Part shown: positions 1-10,272 of the stretch, piece after piece
How the letters are laid out: each line of letters opens with the position of its first letter
How positions within the stretch are numbered: the stretch's first letter is position 1
Origin: Asterias rubens
Taxonomy: Eukaryota
Length of the DNA: 64,000 nucleotides
Assembly (NCBI RefSeq): GCF_902459465.1
Contig: NC_047070.1
Location: 15,562,001-15,626,000, forward strand
Reading direction: 5' to 3'
Made by a program: the position numbers and the translations under genes
Notes under the pieces: generated by a model
The model's input: the letters and a program-made list of their open reading frames with translations, nothing else
Databases searched by the model: none
Told to the model about the DNA's origin: nothing

Positions 1-489
1 CAAATGATCATTGCTCATAGATGTAATAACATGCAGTGGAGTCATGAACTTCTTGGCTGCTGATTCCACGTAAGGATAGTTGAGTTGTTGTGGAGGCATC
101 ATAGGCGAAGGTGTCATGCTATGATAAAGCATGTTGTTGCAATGCTCTACGGGTACGTGTGCCTGTGAAGAGGTAGAACCCAGTACCAACCCAGATGATG
201 GTGCCCGGTAGGGTAGAGGTGCTTGACTTGTACGCGATGATACCACAGTGTCAGTAAAAGTATTTGATGTTGGGATGGGCAAGTAGCTACCGAAGATACT
301 ATCCTCAAGTGACTGTGATCCGTCCCTGGTTTCAATATTGTTATGTTGCCGGTTAATCCATGTGGAGGTTGTAGCAGACTCAATACCAAACGCATTGGAG
401 TACATCATGGCGCCACTAATTGACCCAAACGATTCACAAACAATGACATTCAACTCAGCACCTTCAATCCCTTCTCCAATAATCACTTC
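1..489 (-). CDS. Internal coding exon of an unidentified gene, truncated by the window edge (S/T/P/Q-rich)
   Basis: Acceptor CTTTTCGTAG| at 490-491, followed by 163 stop-free codons to position 1: EVIIGEGIEGAELNVIVCESFGSISGAMMYSNAFGIESATTSTWINRQHNN...MMPPQQLNYPYVESAAKKFMTPLHVITSMSNDHL. It is missing from the ORF track because there is no stop in the window. Confidence 0.65.
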
Positions 490-623
490 CTACGAAAAGT
501 GTCTTAAAATTTCAAGGCAATTTATACCCCTTGTAGAGCAGTATAGACCCAGGGCTAACACCTCATGGAATACCACCGAGTAATGAACTGAATTCTGTCT
601 TGTATGGGTGGATTAACAGTTAC

Positions 624-697
624 CCCATGATCAAAACCAACTCTTGCCCGGTACCAACCATTATAATGTACAAGATCATTGAAGCCGAGTGTAGCCT
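624..697 (-). CDS. Probable preceding exon of the same unidentified gene
   Basis: Acceptor TTTTTGTTGTATACAG| and donor GGG|GTAACT (623-622). The phase-0 end joins the 489 exon in frame across a 134-nt intron: ATLGFNDLVHYNGWYRARVGFDHG|EVIIGEG. Confidence 0.4.
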
Positions 698-2049
698 CTG
701 TATACAACAAAAAGCTACCATAGAATTTAAGGACAGGGCATTTTAGCCACCCATTGTAGCAAATTGAAGCCTCTATTATCCTTAATCCAGTTGCGTTTAT
801 AATCACCAGTTGGTGTTTTGTGTAATGTTCTTTATTGGCAGGAGGGGAGGGCTGGATATTTAAATTCGGCTGCGTTCTAAGAATTGCTTAGAAGCTACCA
901 AGTAAATTAAATTGGGTTGATTGGGGAGTTGGAAAATCAATTTTGGTAATGTGCACTGGAAACTGTGTTGAACAATGAGGGTTACCCAGTCCAAAGAGTG
1001 TTGTGAATACTGTGGAGCAATAACCTATAATGGAAATGAGGAAACACACATGGCCTGGTCTTTTGGCTTCCTCATTCCGTAATTTGTTTTTGTGTCCAGA
1101 GTAGAGTAGAAGAAAATAAAAAAGCTTGTCAGAAATGTTTCCGGAGTTGTTGTCACAAGCATGAATAACAAATACAAAACTGTCAATTTATCCCGTGACG
1201 AGAAACTCCACTTATTTGACACAAGGGTCGGTACAAGTGCATCAGAGGGGGAAGGTTTGTTTTTCTATAAAAAGGTCCAAAGTCCCCCCTCCCCCAAGGA
1301 AGCAGTTGCGATAGTTTTAACAATCTATTATATATATATAAAAATGATTGCATAAAGAACTATGACAAATGGTGCCCCCCCCCCTGCAGCGTCCCCTACA
1401 CTTGCAAAACAAAGGCATTACCCCAAAACACTGCAATAAACCCATTCCCCTGTCCTCCCCCACTTCATCTGTCATGCCCCCCCCCCCTTTGCCGAACAAG
1501 TCCTGACTATCCGTTGCCGACCCCTCCCCCTTCTTCAAAACCAAGAAAATGTTACTTATTCTGTCCTTACTCTATGTTATGACTTGTGACGTAATGGGAT
1601 GGTCAAAAATGGGAAGGTCTGTTTTTCTCACTCCGCCCCCCCCCCTTCTTCAAAGAGAAATCTTACCTTTTTATGAATTCAAAGTTCGTTGAAAATGGAG
1701 AGGTTCTTTTCTGGCCCCACCCTCCTTCAAAGCCAAGACAAACTTATGGGGCACAAGGGTTGTAGAAGTTTAATGAGAAGGGGAGTCCTGCTTAGCAGCC
1801 CCCTTCGTTAGAAAATGGGCAAGTTTTGGTTGCCTACCCCACCTTTTACTTCGACCAAAGACAAACTTACTATGTGTGTTTCTGCCCGCCCCACTTCTTC
1901 TTCGATCACGCAAAGAAAGTTTACTTATGTGGCACAAAGGTCGTTAGAAAATAGATTGTTTTTCTGCTCCTGCTTTCTTCGAACTCAAGACACTTTTTAT
2001 TTATGTGAACAAGAGACGATATAGAGGGAAGAAGAGACGGTAGGAAATG

Positions 2050-2250
2050 GGAAGGTTAGTTTATTGTCCACACCCCCGCTCCGGCAGCAGCTGTCCTCGC
2101 GTGTCCCCGCCCTTCCCTTTCCCACCGTGTAAAACGCCCTCTATCGAAATATTTTCTGCCTAGACTGGCGCCGAACCTTAAGTCTTTTCTTTCCCGTGAT
2201 TTCAGTAGGTGGACTGGGAACATGACCATTGATGAACACAATGAATTTCC
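2050..2250. promoter_or_regulatory. Putative bidirectional promoter (left minus-strand gene / B4GALT7)
   Basis: Local CpG/GC enrichment and a GC box CCCCGCCC at 2105-2112, lying between two divergently oriented genes. Confidence 0.4.
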
Positions 2251-3324
2251 TTGTTTTCAACCAAGTCTTGACATTTTTTACGGGGATTTCTTGGTGAGTA
2301 TGGACCCATTGGACCGATCGTGAATGACATTATTAAATAGGAACCTCATAGGCATTATTACATAACTATTTAAATATAAGTCAATGATCTCACTGTAGTG
2401 TTACCAAAGTTGAATCAGTCATGTTTTCCAGACCGTTTTAATTCATCATTCATCATCATCATGGATGGTCATTCACTCATTGACTAGTACAAGTCGACTC
2501 AGTCTTGATGATGTGTCACTGGACATGCTGGACACTGTGTCACCTGTTTCTATGCTGTCATTAACTATGCACAATATAGTGACTGAATTACACTGTGTGT
2601 CAGTGTCATTGTCATTTGTATGTGGCAATTAACACTGCTCTGGAGTCTCAGTCACTGCACTGGTCGGAGAGTGAGTGCTCCGAGCGTTGTGGTTGACTCT
2701 CTTTTTAATTTAATGACACAGACTGGGTGCGTATATCACTACACTTACAGACAGTACAGCTCATGTCTAGGACTACTCATGTCCATGAGCTCAAATTCCA
2801 TAAGCTCAAATTTACAATTTGAGCTCATGAGAAATGGGCAAGGAACGCCAGCCAGGGAACTTGCTCTTTATAGCAAATAGCTTAATTGAAATTTATATTA
2901 AATCAATTCAGAATCATTGGTCCTAACCTAACAAAATATAAATAATTTCTCTGAAGAAGGTCCGGTTTGGATCGAAAGCTAAGGCCACCTACCCTATTCA
3001 TTATTAATAATTTACGATAATAATATATAATGTTAATTATTAAGTTGTCTTGTTTGGAATTGTCTTTTATTGAGACTTGGGAAGTGTGACGACTGTATGG
3101 TTGAATCAGTCCACTGAGTAAGTTTGAGACCTCCAGGGATCCAGAGCCCCACTTCAATCAAAGCAAGATTTTCTGCTTAAAATAAAATCTTTATGAAATG
3201 ACCAAGCTTACTTCAAACCCCAATGTTGTTGTCATCAAAGAAACAAAAGGCCTTACTGAATAACAATGTCTTCTGAAACATCTAAGATTTTGATCTGGGG
3301 CTATTCTCAACACTATTAATTAAT

Positions 3325-3512
3325 ATTAGAACCAACCGTGAAGATAGAACACAAAGAAGAAATTTAAATTTGACATGTTTAAAGATGAATACCCCAGAGA
3401 ATTATTCAAGGGAAAACCCAAACCACATAGTGCACCCGGTGGGATTCAGACCAGGGTCCCGTAGGTGGAAGGCGAGGTAAGACACCCCACAACACCAACC
3501 TGACCACCCCAG
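3325..3512 (-). mobile_element. tRNA-derived SINE with V-domain-like core
   Basis: B-box-like GGGATTCAGACC seen on the + strand. Homologous to the copies at 16915-17125 and 20948-21145. Confidence 0.6.
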
Positions 3513-3623
3513 GTGTGTATGTATTATTTTACACTATTCAGCAACATTGTTGACATCTCAATTACGTACATGTGTTCATTTTTCTTCTTTAGGTATGATG
3601 CCTGCCTCTAAGAGTGTATTAAG

Positions 3624-6600
3624 ATGGCTTCCTACCACTGGTTAACTCCCAGCCGTCTTCTAATCTTCATTCTTGCCTTCTCGATCATTAGCTTCATCCT
3701 TTTCTCACTGAGTGACGACTGCACTTGTGCAACCATCGATACATTGGTACGAAAAGTCAGACAGTTACAGGAAGAGATAAGAACAAAAGATGATATTCTC
3801 TCAAGTCAGAAATCTTCGTCATCACGAAGAGACAAAATGGAGGCAAGAGAAAAGGAAGAGCAAGGATGGGATCCACACGTTCTTTGCATCCTGATTCCAT
3901 TCAGAAATCGTTTTGAAGAGTTAATGGAATTCATTCCTTTTATGGACAAATTTTTATCTCATCAGATGGTCAAGCATAAATTTTATGTCATCAATCAAAT
4001 AGACACTCACAGGTGAGTTTCACGTTCCGTCTTTGCATTTTCTTTCATTTGACAAAAGCGTAAGCTGTTACCAAACTGGGGCTCAAACAAGGGAGTCAAA
4101 GAAAAGTTATTGGACTTTATTGACATTTGCCATTGTTTCCCATGGTCGCGTAGAATCTTCAATTCTATAACAAAACAATGTATTTCTGTTCCTTCATCAT
4201 TTTCCTGTCATTTTGCCTGAAAACAATCAAGATTATCAGTGTTTGTGAGGGCCATGAGGTCCTTTTGCAACCTGTTTGCATTTTTAAAAATTAATTATTC
4301 ATAATGAAATGGGCATTATTTATATGCAAAGTGCTGAGCGATGAACCAATCAAAATGCAAACTTCCCCAAGGTTGGCCTATGTTGGGATACGATTGTTGT
4401 TTTCTCAGCCAGTGTGCATAATTTGTTAATGTACTGAATGCTGACCCGCTGAACCCCCTCGCTTCTGATTGGTTTGGATATTTGCTACTGATTTGAAACT
4501 CTAAGTCGTGATGTACCACTTGGTGCACGGTCTCCCCTTCCTGCTCCATAAAGCTGTCCAAACAAAAGGCTGATGTGTATGGTGATAAATACTTATGGTG
4601 CGTTAGTCATTTGTACAAAGGGTCAGTAAGACAGTGGACACTATTGGTAATTGTCAAAGACCAGTCTTTTCACTTGCTGTATCTCATCATATGCGTGAAA
4701 TAACAAACCTGTAAAAATTTGAGCTAATTCGGTCATCGAACTTGCAAGATAATAATGAAAGAAAAAACACCCTTGTAACACGAAGTTGTGTGCGTTTAGA
4801 TGGTTGATTTCGAGACCTCAAGTTCTAAATCTGAGGTCTCGAAATCAAATTCGTGGTAAATTGTTCCTTTCTCGAAAACTATGGCACTTCAGAGGGAGCC
4901 GTTTCACACAATGTTTTATACCATCAACCTCTCCCCATTACTCGTCACCAAGAAAGGTTTTGTGCTAATAATTATTTTGAGTAATTACCAATAGTGTCCA
5001 CTGCCTTTAATCTATATTTTTCTACACTAAGGTTCCAAATCTCCACTTTAAAATGAACTTGTTTCTTGTCTTCTTACATGAAGATTTAACAGAGCTTCAC
5101 TACTCAACGCCGGGTTTAAGGAGCTGAGTGAAGATTGCAGTTACATAGCATTACATGATGTGGACTTACTCCCTCGTAATCCTGCCATTTCTTACCACTA
5201 TGACAATGTGCTCAATGGACCTCATCACGTCTCCTCACCAGAACTTCATCCCAAGTATGATTATAGCAAGTTTATTGGAGGGATAATGCTGATGACGTGT
5301 GAACAGTTTCAGAAGGTAAGGATGATTTTACTCCACGACATGATTTATAGACTTATTAAAGGCACTCGACACCTTTGGTAATTTGTCAAAGACCGGTATT
5401 CTCACTTTGTGTATCCAAACATGCAGAAAAATCTGTGAAAATATTGACTCGTCTGTCATCGAAGTTGCAAGAGAATAGTGCTAGTAAAAAACACACTTGC
5501 TGCACAAGATTGTGTGCTTTCAGATGGCTTCTGTTCAACGTGCCTGTGCTAACTGAGCTATTAAGTCAATTATGCTGGGGGTCTCCCTATTTTATCAATA
5601 TCTTTTTTTGGGCTGCCAGCCAGAGCTAAAGTTTTAAATGTGGGAAAAGTCATATAGGACTTAAAGAAGACTCTACAGAGCTTAATGCTGAGCAAGAAAC
5701 TACCGAGCCAAACTGATCCCCCTTTTCACGTCACTCGGTGTTATTGTAAAATGTTTCTCCCTGCTTTCATTTGCGGTTTCCTTTGGTGCAATTATACTTT
5801 TGTGACAAACGATTGGTTGTTGTTTTTTTTTTCTGCGAGAACCAAGCATGGCATTCTTCTTCACTGTATCATACTTCCTGCAAATGCCAATGCGATACAA
5901 ATTTTGACATCACAAGTTATTTGTTGAAATGTGTTCAACTCCTGCGAAACATTCGCTGTGAAAACAACACTGTGACCTTTAAAATTTGTATCGCATTCGC
6001 AGGAAGTATGATCCAGGCTTCATCTATCATATAAACCACATTATTATTATTTACTTTTTCCTTTGTTCTTTGCAGTTAAATGGTTTATCAAATCGATTTT
6101 GGGGCTGGGGTAGAGAGGACGATGAGCTTTATATGAGGATACAAGAAGCAAACATGAAGGTAAGGTATTTTATTATTATTCATAAATTACCCCAGACAGT
6201 TTAGTGAGTCATATTGGTTGAAAGGTGGTCACATGACCATGTTTACCCAGGTATCCATCATCATCAAGTCGACTCTCGACGTACTGCAACAAAAGCAGGC
6301 CCCACATCAGGAAATCCCATGGCTATCCTGATCAACAAAAGCAGGCCCCACATCAGGATCTCCCATGGCTGTCCTGATCAACAAAAGCAGGCCCCACACC
6401 AGGATCTCCCATGGCTGTCCTGATCAACAAAAGCAGGCCCCACACCAGGATCTCCCATGGCTGTCCTGATCAACAAAAACAGGCCCAACACCAGGATCTC
6501 CCATGGCTGTCCTGATCAACAAAAGCAGGCCCCACATCAGGATCTCCCATGGCTATCCTGATCAACAAAAGCAGGCCCCACACCAGGATCTCCCATGGCT

Positions 6601-8435
6601 GTCCTGATCAACAAAAGCAGGCCCCACACCAGGATCTCCCATGGCTGTCCTGATCAACAAAAGCAGGCCCCACACCAGGATCTCCCATGGCTGTCCTGAT
6701 CAACAAAAACAGGCCCAACACCAGGATCTCCCATGGCTGTCCTGATCAACAAAAGCAGGCCCCACACCAGGATCTCCCATGGCTGTCCTGATCAACAAAA
6801 GCAGGCCCCACATCAGGATCTCCCATGGCTGTCCTGATCAACAAAAGCAGGCCCCACATCAGGATCTCCCATGGCTATCCTGATCAACAAAAGCAGGCCC
6901 CACACCAGGATCTCCCATGGCTGTCCTGATCAACAAAAACAGGCCCAACACCAGGATGTCCCATGGCTGTCCTGATCAACAAAAGCAGGCCCCACACCAG
7001 GATCTCCCATGGCTATCCTGATCAACAAAAGCAGGCCCCACACCAGGATCTCCCATGGCTGTCCTGATCAACAAAAACAGGCCCCACATCAGGATCTCCC
7101 ATGTCTGTCCTGCTCTCACCTGCAGATGTTAGCTCAGTATCACGACGCAACTGGTCCACTCAGGTTAGCGTCTGACCACATCGAGAGGCTGTGGGTTCCC
7201 AGAGAATGAGTTGGCTCGCAACTTGGTTTCCACGATCGGCCTGCAGGGGGCGACCAGCAGTGCTCAGGTGTCGCGCTGGTGCCCCCGTTATCAACCTTGC
7301 TGTGTAGCTTTTGTTTCTTTGTACTCTCTCTCTCAACCGACTGACTGACTGGCTGATTGTACTGAAGCGTCAAACCTGACTGCTCAGTACTCAAGTGCTT
7401 TTAAGAAGAAAGTCTATCATAATACTTAATGCAAATATTGATTCCATTTTTTTCCCAGCAAAACTTGAGTTAACATTGTGTTTTGATTTACCAGATTTCT
7501 AGGCCTGAGGAGATTTCTACAGGCAGGAAAACGTTTTATCACATTCACGATAAGAAGAAACGGAAGAGGGATGTGAAGAGATTAGGAAACCAGCATAAAG
7601 TAAGTAACTTTGAAAGATATGAAGATCTAGTTGGTTTGCAGTGGCACCATGTATGTATCTACTTGCTGGGTAGATAATGTTCTTTAAGATATTCTTCCTG
7701 AAATGCTGGAAACTTCTAAGTTCGAGTCCCAGTCGTGACACCTGTGTCCTTAAGTATGAAAGACACATAACCATGATAATTCTTCCTTGGTTAACAAGGT
7801 GCTGTGGCGCGCGCAATGTGCTGCCGACCAAACAGGAACATCGGGGTGAACCCCTCCTCATCCCAGTCGTGACACCTGTGTCCTTAAGTATAAAAGACAC
7901 ATAACCATAATAATTCTTCCTTTGGATGGGACGTAAAACCCTTGGTCCCGTGTGTTGTGTAATGCACACAAAAGAACCCAGTGCGCTTAACGTGATGAGG
8001 AGGGGTTCACCCCGATGTTCCTGTTTGATCGGCAGCACATTGCGCCACAGCACCTTGTTAACCATTGGTGCTGTAAAGAAATATGTCTCATACTTTAGAA
8101 ACAGTAGTTCCACATACCTTGCAGTACAAAATACTGAGTGCTTTGATACACCTCTAGGGGTGTTATGTGATAAAGTGCTAGAGAAGAACCTATTACTTTT
8201 ATCATTGTTATATGTGGCGGATGTCGTCTGTTTCAAATGTTCATCATTAATTGATAATTTGTATATTTTTGTTACCTAGGAATCCTTTAAGCGGGATCCA
8301 GAGACAGGGTTAGACAATGTCCAGTATAGTGTCCGTAGTACACAAGAATTATCCGTCAATGGAGCTGAAGGAATACTGCTTCATGTCATGATAGAATGCG
8401 ATGTTACGATTACGCCATGGTGTGATGACGCCTAA
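3624..8435 (+). CDS. B4GALT7: Beta-1,4-galactosyltransferase 7 (xylosylprotein galactosyltransferase I), 321 aa
   Basis: Exons 3624-4012, 5084-5315, 6076-6159, 7495-7599 and 8280-8435, all GT-AG with consistent phases (2,0,0,0). N-terminal TM anchor, followed by GT7 motifs [23 protein letters not shown] and WGWGREDDE, and the B4GALT7-type C-terminal CD..TPWC. AATAAA at 8505-8510. Confidence 0.95.
4627..5010. mobile_element. ~380-bp MITE, TTAA-AGG (Kolobok/T2-type) family
   Basis: TIR (T)AAAGGCAGTGGACACTATTGGTAATT...AATTACCAATAGTGTCCACTGCCTTTAA. Internal 17-bp hairpin at 4804-4820/4832-4848. Confidence 0.85.
5356..5690. mobile_element. Diverged/partial copy of the TTAA-AGG MITE family
   Basis: Starts TTAAAGGCACTCGACACCTTTGGTAATT and shares internal blocks with 4627-5010. 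Confidence 0.6.
6287..7112. repeat. 46-bp minisatellite, ~18 copies, in a B4GALT7 intron
   Basis: Unit CTGATCAACAAAAGCAGGCCCCACACCAGGATCTCCCATGGCTGTC; the period is verified at 6328/6374. Confidence 0.97.
7720..8064. mobile_element. Rearranged CORE-like tRNA SINE (direct plus inverted duplication)
   Basis: Contains GTTCGAGTCCC...GTGTCCTTAAG, homologous to the full-length SINE at 58515-58943. Confidence 0.75.
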
Positions 8436-8514
8436 ACACAAAACACTGTCCTGCCAGTCTGTGAACATTTTTGACTCAATTTGTCATTGTAGTTGCAAGA
8501 GCATAATAAAGGAA

Positions 8515-8720
8515 AAGCACCCTCGTTACACAAATTGTGTGCTTTCAGATGCCTAATAAAAGGCTTAGACCTAACCAGAAGTCTTTTATTATTTGTGAGA
8601 TAATATTACCTCTTTTTCAAAACTATGTTTCTTCAGAGGGAGCCATTTCTCACGATGTTTTATACTACTAACAGCTCTCTATTGCTAATTACCAAAGAAG
8701 TTTTTATGCTAACAATTATG
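8515..8720. mobile_element. Partial TTAA-AGG MITE in the B4GALT7 3' region
   Basis: Internal blocks TTGTGTGCTTTCAGATGC and CTTCAGAGGGAGCCATTTCTCAC are shared with the family. Confidence 0.6.
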
Positions 8721-10272
8721 TTATGGGATCGGTTCTTGGGATCGGTTGTCGGCAAGAAATAGAAGAATCCAATTAGCCCGAAAGACGGACAGGCATTACT
8801 TCTTGTTAATTAGTTTATCCAACCACTCTTCCTTGCCTAATAATATGAAAAATATTTTGAGTTTAGAGGTATTTTGAAGGAAATGTTACTTGTGTTAAAA
8901 AAACAGTAATTGTCGAACATCTGTAGGAAGTGAGGATTTACAGACAATATTTATTTTCCATGTTTACAGCCGTGCATAAAACAAATGGAATCATGACCAT
9001 AAAGTTGAATTGTTAATAATAATTGATGAAAAAAACAAATACTTTAAAACAGTAAAACTCTTGCTGCAGATCATCATGTGCTTTTTGAGCAGAATAGCTT
9101 AAGATTATTAATTTCTAATAACAATTTATTTTGTAGTACAAACTAGAATGTGATAATGGACCGAGACGAAAGTGGAATTGAGCTTTATGAATACTACTGT
9201 TTCAACGTAGACCAAGCTCTAATAAATGGTCGGAATAGAATCCATTATTCCAAAGGCAACTCCAAATATTGTATTTTCATAACAATTTTCAGATTTATTA
9301 TTGTTAATTATTGTAATATGGGATTCTAGGCATTCCATGGTGTTGTATAATTATATGGTTTACTGTACCACCATGTGTGTCTTCTAGCTGGGTAGACTAT
9401 GTTATTTTAAGAACTTGTCTTGCTATCTATTCTACTTTTGCTGGGTAGATTTGTTCTCAAAAGAACATAACCTACCCAGCTAGTAAGATATACACATAGT
9501 GTTACCAAATACCATATTACGGTATACAGTATATTGCCATGTTAAAACCTTTTTCATCATTTTTGTTGTAGCCATTTTATGTTTGAGTTTAATAACTGTT
9601 GGAGGAAGCTGATATAAGTTTATGTAAAGATTTCAATAATTTTGTTATAGTTTTTAGTCAATCATTTACCGCATACAATGTAGGTGAATTTTGAGACAAG
9701 TCCGCCAATCACATTATCCCACCATGTTAAGTTGCCTTTATTTAGCAGGATTTAATGCTGAAGAAAACAAATGTTAAGACCATTTCAAATTTTGTTGATG
9801 TTATGTTTGTGTGTAACTCAAATAAACAAAACAGGGTCAAAAGTTAATGGTGTGTATATGATTTGTTTTTGACAAGTAAACTCGCATCCCACCCCAACGG
9901 CATCCCCACCCCAACGGCATCCCCACCAGGGTTCAAGTTCATAAATGAAGCCTGCTTATCAGAATAAGGTTGGTGGTCGTTCACAGAGATAAATAGCAAC
10001 AATTTTTAATAATAAAAAAAGTACAAAATTTACATGGTTGCAACTGGTCCCCAACTCATTTTAAGCATTATTTTGTGCTTAACAGATTTATGAAATTGGG
10101 TTCAGTTGGAACAATGTAAACTTTGTGAAATTTTGGCTACTTTAAAGTTTCTGCTAAGCAAGATTTTTCTTTTTTTATGACACAGGGCTCTGACCGGTTG
10201 GTGGCGCTATTTCAATGTTGACAAAAATTGCTTTAGTTGGTACGCATCAATTTGGTTTAGATCATTATCTAA

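Noticed and set aside
6214-7209. ORFs 6214-6423 and 7009-7209
   Set aside because: Translations of the 46-bp intronic minisatellite; no homology and no exon signals.
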